In this document: positions 38,667 to 48,161 of the stretch, in pieces | How the letters are laid out: every line of letters begins with the position of its first letter | Position numbering within the stretch: position 1 is the stretch's first letter | Origin: an uncultured Pelagibacteraceae bacterium | GTDB lineage: Bacteria > Pseudomonadota > Alphaproteobacteria > Pelagibacterales > AG-422-B15 | Assembly (NCBI GenBank): GCA_902617525.1 | Contig: CACMWW010000005.1 | Coordinates: forward strand, 17,135 to 81,134 | Direction: 5' to 3' | Length of the DNA: 64,000 bases | Notes under the pieces: generated by a model | Database searches by the model: none | Told to the model about the DNA's origin: nothing | What the model saw: only the letters and a program-made list of their open reading frames with translations | Position numbers and translations under genes: made by a program

Positions 38667-39359
38667 TTGACTAATAATCCAATCTATTGTGCAATCGATA
38701 CAAGCAGTATTGATGATGCAGAAAAAATCATAAATGAAATTGCGCCGCACATTGGAGGGATTAAATTAGGTCTCGAGTTCTTTACCTCTTGCGGGATCAA
38801 AGGTATTGAAAAGATTGCGAAATCTGGACTTCCATTATTTATAGATTTTAAACTCTATGACATACCAAACACAGTAAAAAAATCACTTCAAAATATTCTT
38901 TCTTACAATCCCACGTATACAACACTACATGTTTCAGGAGGTTCTCGTATGTTAAAAGAATGTGTCGACTTAAAAAGAGAATTAAATAGTAATACAAATT
39001 TAATAGGTGTCACAATGCTAACAAGCTTTGACAATGATGCAATCAATGAAATTGGTATAAACGGCACAGTGGATAAGAATGTAGATAATCTATCTGTACT
39101 TGCACTCGAATGTGGAATGGATGGTATTGTTTGTAGTCCAATGGAAATAAGAAAAGTTAAAGAAACATTTGGATCTAAATTAAAAGTAGTTGTGCCTGGA
39201 ATAAGAAATCAAACAGACAATAATAATGATCAAAAGAGAACTCTTTCAGCTAAGAAAGCAATTGAGTTTGGTGCGGATATCATTGTCGTGGGCAGACCTA
39301 TAACTTCAGCTGATTCACCTGGAAAAGCAGCTGAAATTTTTTATCAAAGCATAAAGTGA
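38667..39359 (+). CDS. pyrF: Orotidine-5'-phosphate decarboxylase
   Basis: 230 aa with a TTG start. Motifs AIDT, FIDFKLYDIPNT and VVGRPIT. Confidence 0.9.
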   Translation: MTNNPIYCAIDTSSIDDAEKIINEIAPHIGGIKLGLEFFTSCGIKGIEKIAKSGLPLFIDFKLYDIPNTVKKSLQNILSYNPTYTTLHVSGGSRMLKECVDLKRELNSNTNLIGVTMLTSFDNDAINEIGINGTVDKNVDNLSVLALECGMDGIVCSPMEIRKVKETFGSKLKVVVPGIRNQTDNNNDQKRTLSAKKAIEFGADIIVVGRPITSADSPGKAAEIFYQSIK

Positions 39360-39997
39360 GTAAAGCGTACATTAAAATTTGTGGAGTAAAGGATATTAAA
39401 ATTGCAAAACATGCAATCAATTGCGGTGCATCTTTTTTAGGCTTTATCTTTTTCGAAAATTCAAGAAGAAACATATCAATCAGTAAATGCAAAGAAATTT
39501 TAGATGAAATAAATGGCAAAGTGAATACTGTTGCAGTAACTGTAAATCCAACTAACAGTGATTTAAAGACTTATTCAGAAATGAAGTTTACACATCTTCA
39601 ATTGCACGGAAATGAGAGTTTAAACGAGGTAAGAGAAATCAAAGAAACTTATAATCTAAAAATAATAAAATCATTTAACATATCCAAAGAGACTGATTTA
39701 GATAAAATAAAAGAATATTGTCCTTACATTGACCATATACTTTTAGACTCAGAACAAAAGAAAGATATGCCTGGAGGAACTGGCCAGACATTTGATTGGA
39801 AAATTATAAAAAATTTTTCCCCAAATAAGTCATTTTTTCTATCAGGAGGCCTAAACACTACCAATATATCAGATGCATTAGATTTAAAAAAAACAGAATA
39901 TTTTGATGTTAGCTCTGGCGTTGAGAATTCAGAGGGTATAAAAGATGAAAAATTAATATCTGAATTTATATCAAAGGCAAACAAAGCTCTAAAATGA
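39356..39997 (+). CDS. trpF: Phosphoribosylanthranilate isomerase
   Basis: 213 aa with IKICGV, LQLHGNE, LLDS...GGTGQTFDW and DVSSGVE. Confidence 0.9.
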   Translation: MSKAYIKICGVKDIKIAKHAINCGASFLGFIFFENSRRNISISKCKEILDEINGKVNTVAVTVNPTNSDLKTYSEMKFTHLQLHGNESLNEVREIKETYNLKIIKSFNISKETDLDKIKEYCPYIDHILLDSEQKKDMPGGTGQTFDWKIIKNFSPNKSFFLSGGLNTTNISDALDLKKTEYFDVSSGVENSEGIKDEKLISEFISKANKALK

Positions 39998-41223
39998 AAC
40001 TAGAAAAAGGAATTCCTCTCATTGACCAACATGATGAAAATGGATATTGGGGCGGTAAATTTGGTGGAAACCAAATAGCTGAAAGTCTTTATTATCCAAT
40101 TGAAGAACTAACACATGAATTTGAAAAATTAAGAAATGATGAAACATTTATTGCTGAAAGAGATTATTATTTTAAAAATTTTGTTGGAGCACCAACTCCA
40201 TTCATAAAATTAGAGAACCTTACGAAACACCTTGGTGGTGCTCAAATTTATTGCAAACTGGTTTCTAAAGCAACAGGCGGAGCACACAAAGCTTATAATG
40301 CAGTCGTTCACAGCTTAATATGTAAGCGATTAGGTAAAACTTATATAGGGGGTGACACTGGTGCCGGATATGCAGGAAAGATGCTCAGTATGGCGGCGGC
40401 AAAATTTAATTTAAAATGCAAAATATTTATGGGCGCGAAGGACGTAGAAAGACAATCTATTAATGTATTTTCCATGCGAAGTTATGGCGCTGAAGTTGTT
40501 CCTGTAAACTCTGGCTCACAAACTTTAGTGGATGCTGTGTCAGAATGCATGAGATGGTGGACAAGTGAGAATGAAGAAGCGCATATGTGTGTTGGAAGTA
40601 CTGTTGGCCCTACTATTTTTGTCAAAATATGTGCTTGGTCTACCGCGCAGATATCGAGAGAAATGAAAAAACAAGTAATGAATGAATTTGGTGAAGTCCC
40701 AAAAGATATGAAATTAATTAATTGCGTTGGTGGAGGATCGTCAGCCGCAGGTTTTTGGAATGAATGGATTGATCATGATAATGTTGAACTCATAGGGGTA
40801 GAAGCTGGAGGGCCAGAAGGATCCTCAAAACATGCCGCACCTTTGACAAATGACTCACCCATCGGGGTTCTTCATGGAGCAACTCAATACGTTATTCAAG
40901 ATGATCAGGGGGAAATTGAAGAAACAGAGTCAATAAGTGCGGGACTTGATTACCCAGGTGTAAGTCCTCTTCATTGTTTTCTAAAAGAAACTGGAAGAGC
41001 AAGATACACTTCTGCAAGTGACGAAGAGGCCATAGAAGCTTTTCAATTAGTCAGTAAAAATGAAGGTTTTGTGAGTCCCTCACTTGAACCTTCACATGCA
41101 TTCGCAGAAGCAATCAAAATTGCACCTAAATTAAGTAAAGATACAATTATTGTTGTAGATTCTTGCGGAGACTCTGCAAAAGATTCAAAAATTATTGCTG
41201 AGAGACTTGGTTATAAAATATGA
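39994..41223 (+). CDS. trpB: Tryptophan synthase beta chain homolog, unusually divergent at conserved motifs
   Basis: 409 aa, placed between trpF and trpA. The PLP lysine context GGAHK and the block MGAKDVERQSINVF...GAEVVPV are conserved. Several normally invariant motifs are altered (see finding). Confidence 0.82.
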   Translation: MKLEKGIPLIDQHDENGYWGGKFGGNQIAESLYYPIEELTHEFEKLRNDETFIAERDYYFKNFVGAPTPFIKLENLTKHLGGAQIYCKLVSKATGGAHKAYNAVVHSLICKRLGKTYIGGDTGAGYAGKMLSMAAAKFNLKCKIFMGAKDVERQSINVFSMRSYGAEVVPVNSGSQTLVDAVSECMRWWTSENEEAHMCVGSTVGPTIFVKICAWSTAQISREMKKQVMNEFGEVPKDMKLINCVGGGSSAAGFWNEWIDHDNVELIGVEAGGPEGSSKHAAPLTNDSPIGVLHGATQYVIQDDQGEIEETESISAGLDYPGVSPLHCFLKETGRARYTSASDEEAIEAFQLVSKNEGFVSPSLEPSHAFAEAIKIAPKLSKDTIIVVDSCGDSAKDSKIIAERLGYKI

Positions 41224-42025
41224 CGTCGTCTACTTTAATTAAATCTTTTGAACGAGCAAAAGAAGATAATAGAGCTGCGCTACTAACTTATACAGTTGGA
41301 GGAGACCCAGATAAAAAAACTTCGCTGAATATATTTAAATCAATTGCAGAGTCAGGTGCTGATATTATTGAATGTGGACTGGGACATGGAGCAAATATTG
41401 GTGATGGTGGAGCAATTCAAGACAGTACTTACAGAGCACTATCTGGTGGGATTAAAACAGATGATATTTTTGAAATTATTGAAGATTTCAAAAAAGATTA
41501 TGAGACAGATGTAATCATAATGACATACCAGAATAAAATTATGGCTTACGGGGAGGAAGATTTCCTAGAGAAATGCGTCAGCAGTAAAGTTTCAGGCATA
41601 ATTTGTGTTGACTGGCCATGGCCACTTAATCTCGATTTTGCAAAAAATGTAAAGAAAATAGTATTGTATTCATACAATTGCTTTGCCCTACTACAAATGA
41701 AGACCGACTAAAAAGTATATTAAATGATGCTCATGAGGTTGTTTACTATATTTCAATGCTTTCAACTACAGGTCAAAAATTAAAAGTAAGTTCAGATGAA
41801 ATTAAGAAAAGATTTAATTTAATTAAAAAGATATCACCTAATAAAAAATGTATAATTGGCTTTGGAATTACAGCAGATACAATAAATGATTTTAAGGATA
41901 CTGATGCATGCGTTGTAGGATCGGCTTTATGCAGGGAAATAACAAGGTCAATTGATGAAGAACTTAATCCTGCCACAAATGTAGGCAATATGGTAAGTGA
42001 TTTAAAACAAAAGCTAAGCTCATGA
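41220..42025 (+). pseudogene. trpA: Tryptophan synthase alpha chain interrupted by a 1-nt frameshift (two ORFs, 41220-41711 and 41678-42025)
   Basis: The N-terminal ORF carries ...GADIIECG...GDGGAIQ. The C-terminal ORF carries ...LLCPTTNEDRL...GFGIT...VGSAL. The frames join at the A-run 41651-41659. This could be a true frameshift or a homopolymer sequencing error. Confidence 0.8.
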
Positions 42026-42876
42026 ATTGGTTAACAAGAACTATTTCAAAAGTATTTCCTAGAAAGAAAAAAAGTTTAGATATCGCAGAAAATGCTTGGA
42101 TTAAATGCTCTCAATGCCAAACAATGCTCTATTCGAGTGATCTAGAAAAAACTCTTTTTGTATGCCCTAATTGTGATGAACATTTACAAATTCATCCTCG
42201 AATTAGATTCAAAAATCTCTTTGACGGTGGTGTATTTGAAGAAATAAAATATCCCTCTGGATTCACTGATCCACTTAACTTCAAAGCTTTAAAGACTTAC
42301 AAAGAGCGATTTAATGATGCTCGTCAAAAAACAGACATGGATGACTGTTTTCTTATTGGTTACGGGCAAATTAATAATATCAATGTAACTATTGCTGCTC
42401 AAAATTTTCATTTCATGGGTGGTTCTGTGGGAGCTTCAGCTGCAGAGGCAATGATTAAAGCGGCGGAACACTCGGTCACAAACCATACTCCATTAATTGT
42501 ATTTACTTGTTCGGGAGGTGCAAGAATGGATGAAAATCAGCATTCTCTTCAATCACTTCCAAAAACAACAATAGCTTGTCAAATGGTTAAAGATGCTAAG
42601 TTGCCTTATATAGTTGTTAATACAAATCCAACAAGTGGAGGTGTGTCTGCGTCTTTTGGATCATTGGGATCAATTACATTGGCTGAACCAAATGCATTAA
42701 TCTGTTTTGCTGGTCCTAGGGTAATTTCAAATACTGTAGGTGAGACTCTACCTGATGGGTTCCAAAGATCAGAATATCTATTAGAACATGGATTTATAGA
42801 TCAAGTGGTTCATAGAAAAGAACTTAAAGATAAATTATCTCAAATAATTTCATTATTACTTAAAAGAGTAGCCTAA
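42022..42876 (+). CDS. accD: Acetyl-CoA carboxylase carboxyltransferase beta subunit
   Basis: 284 aa with zinc ribbon CSQC...CPNC and the MGGSVG motif. Confidence 0.95.
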   Translation: MNWLTRTISKVFPRKKKSLDIAENAWIKCSQCQTMLYSSDLEKTLFVCPNCDEHLQIHPRIRFKNLFDGGVFEEIKYPSGFTDPLNFKALKTYKERFNDARQKTDMDDCFLIGYGQINNINVTIAAQNFHFMGGSVGASAAEAMIKAAEHSVTNHTPLIVFTCSGGARMDENQHSLQSLPKTTIACQMVKDAKLPYIVVNTNPTSGGVSASFGSLGSITLAEPNALICFAGPRVISNTVGETLPDGFQRSEYLLEHGFIDQVVHRKELKDKLSQIISLLLKRVA

Positions 42877-44163
42877 TTGAAAATATCAAATAAACAAATT
42901 GATAAGCTTTTAGAAGAGCTTCTTGAACTTCATCCAAAAAGAATAGATTTGTCACTTGATAGAATTTGTAACCTATTAAAAAAATTAGATAACCCTCAAA
43001 ACAAAATAAATAATATTGTTCATATTGCTGGAACTAATGGAAAATTTTCTACACTGAAATTTATTCAGGACATCTTAAAAAATAATAGTAAATCGACGAA
43101 TGCCTATATCTCTCCTCACCTAATTAGATTTAATGAGAGGTTTCAGCTTATGGATAAAGAAATATCAAATGAGAAGCTATATTCCGTCTTAAATAAAGTG
43201 AAAGATTCTAATCATAGCGACCCGATTACTTTCTTTGAAATAACTAGTACCGCTTTTTTTGAAGCCGCCTCAAATAGCCCAGCTGATTATACGCTTCTTG
43301 AGGTAGGTTTAGGTGGAAGACTGGATAGCAGCAATGTAATAACTCCTGCAATCTCTGTTATTACCTCAATTTCTAGGGATCATCAGGATTTTTTAGGAGA
43401 TAGCATTGAGATGATAGCATTTGAAAAGTCTGGAATAATTAAAAATGAAATCCCAACTATCATTGGTTATCAACCTTACCCAGAAGCTAAAGAAATACTT
43501 CTGGATCAGGCGGAATATAAAAAAGCTCCGATATTTGCCCATGAAATTCACTGGAACTTAACGGAACATAATAACAAGTTAGTATATGAAGATGATCAAA
43601 ATAAAATTGAATTTGATAAGCTAAATACACATAATATATTTCAGAAAAAAAACCTTGGACTTGCATTGGCTGCGGCTTCAAAACTACCTAATATTGATAT
43701 CAATTCTTTTGTCTCTAAAAATCTTCACAATAAAACCTACTTTCCAGGAAGAATGGAAAAAATATCTGATGGAAAATTAGGATCTACTATAGCACCAACA
43801 AATGAATTGTATTTAGATGGTTCTCATAATGAGGATGCTGCGAGTAATCTAAATGATACAATTAATCAGCTTACGAATAAAAAGTTGTGTGTAATTTTAG
43901 GAATGATCAATACGAAAGATCCAATTAGTTATTTAAGCAAATTTGATAAAATTGATGCTCTAACTGTTATTACTATACCAAATGAAGAGAGTGCAATTGA
44001 TTCAAATGAATTATATGCTGAGCTTAAAAAGTATTATGAAAATGTAAATAGAGCCGACACAATTCAGGAAGCATTGACTAATTTAAATAATAATTACGAC
44101 GATGCACGTATCCTAATATGTGGATCTTTATATTTAGCCGGAAAAGTTTTAGAAATGAATTAA
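42877..44163 (+). CDS. folC: Bifunctional folylpolyglutamate synthase / dihydrofolate synthase
   Basis: 428 aa with a TTG start. HIAGTNGKFST P-loop and Mur-ligase layout. Conserved accD-folC order. Confidence 0.9.
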   Translation: MKISNKQIDKLLEELLELHPKRIDLSLDRICNLLKKLDNPQNKINNIVHIAGTNGKFSTLKFIQDILKNNSKSTNAYISPHLIRFNERFQLMDKEISNEKLYSVLNKVKDSNHSDPITFFEITSTAFFEAASNSPADYTLLEVGLGGRLDSSNVITPAISVITSISRDHQDFLGDSIEMIAFEKSGIIKNEIPTIIGYQPYPEAKEILLDQAEYKKAPIFAHEIHWNLTEHNNKLVYEDDQNKIEFDKLNTHNIFQKKNLGLALAAASKLPNIDINSFVSKNLHNKTYFPGRMEKISDGKLGSTIAPTNELYLDGSHNEDAASNLNDTINQLTNKKLCVILGMINTKDPISYLSKFDKIDALTVITIPNEESAIDSNELYAELKKYYENVNRADTIQEALTNLNNNYDDARILICGSLYLAGKVLEMN

Positions 44164-44483
44164 GCGATTGAGTCTTCAATCCACTCAACGATTGCAGTTT
44201 TAGATACCGCTCCTACTTTCGTTGCAGCAGCCTCACCATTCTTAAAAACTAACATAGTTGGGATCCCTCTAACACCAAACTGTGTGGGTGTATTAGGGTT
44301 TTCATCAATATTAATTTTAGCAACGGTGATTTTATCAGCCATTTCATCTGATATCTCTTCAAGAGAGGGGCCGATTTGCTTACAAGGTCCACACCAAGGT
44401 GCCCAAAAATCAAGCACAACAGGCTTATCTGATTTCAATACTTCTTCTTCAAAAGATGCGTCTGTTACATTAATAGTTGCCAT
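44160..44483 (-). CDS. trxA: Thioredoxin
   Basis: 107 aa with FWAPWCGPCK. Confidence 0.96.
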   Translation of the reverse strand: MATINVTDASFEEEVLKSDKPVVLDFWAPWCGPCKQIGPSLEEISDEMADKITVAKINIDENPNTPTQFGVRGIPTMLVFKNGEAAATKVGAVSKTAIVEWIEDSIA

Positions 44484-44577
44484 AGTGATTCCTTCCCTAA
44501 AGTTGTCTGTAATTTATGTATGAGGGGGGCCAAAGTCAAGGCTAAATACAAGATAATTTGATCCTAAATAACTGATA

Positions 44578-45573
44578 TTATTTGATTTTTTTTATTTTTG
44601 TAGACGAAATTTCTTCTGTTTCTGGGATTTCTTTATCAGGTTTTAAACCCCCAAGTTTAATCATTTTTTTGACTCGCGAAACCAAGCTTCCTTTTCCATC
44701 TCTTAATCTACTCTTTGCAGTTTCAATTGATCCCATTGATTTACTCAATTCATATCCTGCATTTTCAAAAGCACTATATACCTTTTCAACCTGAGAATAA
44801 ATTTCAAGAGCTGTGCCTGCTATTAGATCTGCATTCTTATTTCTTTCGTTAATTGACCACATATTATCAATTATTTTTAATACAGATATCAAAGTAGATG
44901 GGCTAGCTAAAATTATCTTATATTTATTTGCCTCAAGTATGATTTCCTCGGTTTTATCTAGCATTGAGTCAAAGGCACTCTCATACGGCATGAACATTAT
45001 AACTGCATCTAATGTTTTAATTTTATATATCTTTTGATAATTAGCTTCACTGAGTTTTTTTAAGTGACTACGTATCGATTGGATATGTCTCTTATGAGTA
45101 TCTTCTTTTATTAATTGATCTTCAGAATTGCAATATTCTTGCCAAGCACTGAGTGAGACCTTTGAGTCAATTATTATGTCCCTGCTGTCTGGTAAATGTA
45201 AAATAATATCTGGATATTTTCTTTTTAGTTCACCATTCACCTCATCATCAAACTTTTTTTGTACCTCAAAATCCTTTCCTTCTCTTAACCCTGATTGTTG
45301 CAAAATATTAATCAATAAAATTTCACCAGCAGCACCTTGTTTTTTTGTTCCACCTGTAAATGCAGAAGTTAATCTGTTGACCATCTCATAACGTTCTTCA
45401 TCTTTACCTTCTTTAAGAGAAATTTTATCACTTAGATCTTTAACTAGATCTTTTACATCGTTTAAACTTTCACTTTCTTCGATATTATTTGAATTTCTTT
45501 TAAATAAATGAACAATTATTCCGCCAATTACTGCCCCAATTGTAAATATTATGATTGTAATAATACTATCCAT
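44578..45573 (-). CDS. rmuC: DNA recombination protein RmuC (short form)
   Basis: 331 aa with an N-terminal TM segment. RmuC core: GAAGEILLINILQQSGL...PDIILHLPDSRDIIIDSKVSL...MFMPYESAF. Confidence 0.82.
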   Translation of the reverse strand: MDSIITIIIFTIGAVIGGIIVHLFKRNSNNIEESESLNDVKDLVKDLSDKISLKEGKDEERYEMVNRLTSAFTGGTKKQGAAGEILLINILQQSGLREGKDFEVQKKFDDEVNGELKRKYPDIILHLPDSRDIIIDSKVSLSAWQEYCNSEDQLIKEDTHKRHIQSIRSHLKKLSEANYQKIYKIKTLDAVIMFMPYESAFDSMLDKTEEIILEANKYKIILASPSTLISVLKIIDNMWSINERNKNADLIAGTALEIYSQVEKVYSAFENAGYELSKSMGSIETAKSRLRDGKGSLVSRVKKMIKLGGLKPDKEIPETEEISSTKIKKIK

Positions 45574-46990
45574 CTAATTTACCTCTATGATATTCATCTA
45601 GCTCCTGAATGTAGGTATCTATTTCTTCTAGACGATTCATGTCAATTTCATCATCACTTTCTCTTAAATCATCTATTTCTGTCATAGCCGCTGGAATAGT
45701 ATTCCATGTACATTTATCCATTGATAATATTTTTTCAGCTACTTCCTTATCTCTTATTTGAATTTCTTTTTTTGGTAAATATTCGGGTTTTTCATTGTAA
45801 ATTACCCTTTTTGCGAATTCTTTTGATCTAATATCTGTAATTTTTTCTGCAATTTCGTATTTTTTTTCCCATTCCGCTGCGTGAAAATCTGACATCAAAT
45901 AATTGTCTTTGGAACTTGGAAAACCATTGTATATCTGCTCTTCAACTGGCTTTTCGGTTTGATCTTGAGTTAATTCTCTGTCTTCTCCTTTATCAAGAAG
46001 TAAATGTGTAAATTTCTCGATAAAATTCTTATTGCCCCTAACTTTTTTCATTCTCTCATTTACAATTTCTGGCGTGAGGTCTTTATATTTTTCTGATCGA
46101 TATAAATATTCTTCATTTAAAAGTATCGGTTGCTCATTTGCTTTGATCATATGAAAACACTTATTTTTTCCTTTAAATAATTTTTTTAGTTCCGATCGAT
46201 CTAGATCAAAAATATAATCAGGATCGACAGTTAAATCATAACAATAGACATGGTTTTCATAAGATGGATCTTTTGTTAAATAGGCAAGACCATGCGTGTA
46301 TTCTTTTCCTCTGAAAAATCGACTTGCACAAAATACTTTATCTTGATTCACATATGTATACACATCTTGCTTTGAAGCTGTTTGAAGAGCACTCTCCCAA
46401 ACATCATTACATTTTTCTTTAACAAGCTTACACACACCAAGTGTTGCTTCAACATCTGAAAGAGCATCGTGAGCTTTAGAATGTTCTATGCCATTTGCTG
46501 CAGCAAATTTTTCGAGTCTAAACGTTATTTTTCCTGTTTCATCATCAAGAGGTCTTACAAAAGCATTTGGATAAACGGCAGCAGCAGAGTGAAGCAGTTT
46601 CATCGCATCACCTCTTTTATTTCCATTTGTATTTGTAATGTAAGGTGGAAGTGCTGATTGATAAAGAGATTGTCTTAAGTGCATGTCATCAAATGATATT
46701 GAATTGTATCCGATAAATAACGACTCGCCCCAGGAGAGAAATTTACTTTGCATTTGGGAAATCAAACTAAAATTAGAGTTTTCATGATTTTTTAATTGAT
46801 TTATGGAAACCCCATTAACTAATAATGCTTTTGCTGAAGGAACAGGATATTCCTTCTTCATCCGACCTCTTAAATCAAATTGGTCCAAAATATTGAAATC
46901 TTCGTCAGTACAAATTGCGGCTGCTTGTATTATTGATCCATAGGCAGCATTCAACGTTGATGTTTCAAGATCCCAGAAAATATATTTCAT
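45566..46990 (-). CDS. sbcB: Exodeoxyribonuclease I
   Basis: 474 aa with DEDDh exonuclease motifs (FWDLETS, GYNSISFDDMHLR, AHDALSDVEAT) and an ExoI C-terminal domain. Confidence 0.85.
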   Translation of the reverse strand: MKYIFWDLETSTLNAAYGSIIQAAAICTDEDFNILDQFDLRGRMKKEYPVPSAKALLVNGVSINQLKNHENSNFSLISQMQSKFLSWGESLFIGYNSISFDDMHLRQSLYQSALPPYITNTNGNKRGDAMKLLHSAAAVYPNAFVRPLDDETGKITFRLEKFAAANGIEHSKAHDALSDVEATLGVCKLVKEKCNDVWESALQTASKQDVYTYVNQDKVFCASRFFRGKEYTHGLAYLTKDPSYENHVYCYDLTVDPDYIFDLDRSELKKLFKGKNKCFHMIKANEQPILLNEEYLYRSEKYKDLTPEIVNERMKKVRGNKNFIEKFTHLLLDKGEDRELTQDQTEKPVEEQIYNGFPSSKDNYLMSDFHAAEWEKKYEIAEKITDIRSKEFAKRVIYNEKPEYLPKKEIQIRDKEVAEKILSMDKCTWNTIPAAMTEIDDLRESDDEIDMNRLEEIDTYIQELDEYHRGKLDG

Positions 46991-47268
46991 TTAATTTCCT
47001 TCTTCTCCAAGCATCTAAAATCAACCTCTGGTTTCTGCCCATTAAAATTTATATGACAAATATTTATTTGGTGTCTTTGGCACCATAATTGAATGCCTCT
47101 CTCAGTAAAACCTACATCGATTCTCGAGTAATCCTGAAGTGATTTTACATCTGTCTGGCCAGTCATAAATTCATCAGAACACTTAACGCAAACAATTGGC
47201 TCTTTGATTTGATTTAATAGATAACTGAGTTTTCCTATATCTTGCTCTAGTCTATTATCCTCACTCAT
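46987..47268 (-). CDS. Hypothetical small Cys/His-rich protein (93 aa)
   Basis: The ORF has ATGA-type overlaps with both neighbours. It contains CVKC...CQRH...CH. No family recognised. Confidence 0.5.
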   Translation of the reverse strand: MSEDNRLEQDIGKLSYLLNQIKEPIVCVKCSDEFMTGQTDVKSLQDYSRIDVGFTERGIQLWCQRHQINICHINFNGQKPEVDFRCLEKKEIK

Positions 47269-47666
47269 TCACACCAGTCTTTCTTATCATTTTTATCATA
47301 CAAAACTCCTAGACTGTGTGAGACCATCAATTTTGACACATTTTTACCATCTACAATTATATAAGACAAGATTCTACCGAAAAAGTCTCTATTGTATTCG
47401 GTTTCAAATTCAATTCTTTTTCCTTCTGAAATTAATTGGTTAATGTACTCACGAGCTTTAATCCCATGTATATACTCTTTCTCACATTTAGGATTTGAAA
47501 TTTCAGGAGTATCTAGATCAAGCAGTCTAACTTTATCTTTCTTTCCTTCATATATTACATAGCATGTATCGCCATCGTAACAAAACAGGTCATTTTGTTT
47601 TCTTATTTGTATATCTGCAAATGAATTAGAGATAAATAAAATTAGAACAGAGAAAATTCTTATCAT
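47265..47666 (-). CDS. Secreted staphylococcal-nuclease-like (SNase/thermonuclease) protein
   Basis: 133 aa with a signal peptide MIRIFSVLILFISNSFA, followed by an SNase-type core: DGDT...VRLLDLDTPE...GRILSYI. Confidence 0.78.
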   Translation of the reverse strand: MIRIFSVLILFISNSFADIQIRKQNDLFCYDGDTCYVIYEGKKDKVRLLDLDTPEISNPKCEKEYIHGIKAREYINQLISEGKRIEFETEYNRDFFGRILSYIIVDGKNVSKLMVSHSLGVLYDKNDKKDWCE

Positions 47667-47675
47667 TAATAAATA

Positions 47676-48161
47676 TTAATTGATAATTTCGTGAGGGTAT
47701 ACTCCTAGTAAATTATTTTTTTCAATCCAGACTTTAATTTCCTTCTCATCATCTGTGATCGTAATCCTACACCAACTTGAGTCACACTTATTAATTTTTG
47801 CATGAACAAAAGGATCTATTTTAGCAAGTATCTTGTTTTTGTTTGGTTTATCATATCCATAACTGAAAGGTTCTTTTGATGTAAGCGCATATCTTTTACC
47901 TGAAAAAAGAATATGAGACATCCAACCAGTTACTCCATCTTTTGGGTCACGCACCTGTCGCCAACCTTCAATATCCCTAATAATCTCCATTGGATAACCT
48001 TTAAGTTGATAGCGATAAATAATTGTGGCCTCAGGGAATGGGCCTTTTCTTAAGTTTGCATCACCTTTTAATGAAACCCATCGAGGAACAGGAAGGTCAG
48101 ATGAAGACGTTGATAATGTTGTAAAAAGTAGAAGAAATATTGGTATTAGTATTTTATGCAT
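47676..48161 (-). CDS. Secreted bacterial SH3-like domain protein (DUF1058-like)
   Basis: The preferred start is MHKILIPIFLLLFTTLSTSSS (ATG 48161). The RWVSLKGDANLRKGP...GWRQVRDPKDGVTGWM pattern is typical of alphaproteobacterial SH3-like proteins. Confidence 0.6.
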   Translation of the reverse strand: MHKILIPIFLLLFTTLSTSSSDLPVPRWVSLKGDANLRKGPFPEATIIYRYQLKGYPMEIIRDIEGWRQVRDPKDGVTGWMSHILFSGKRYALTSKEPFSYGYDKPNKNKILAKIDPFVHAKINKCDSSWCRITITDDEKEIKVWIEKNNLLGVYPHEIIN

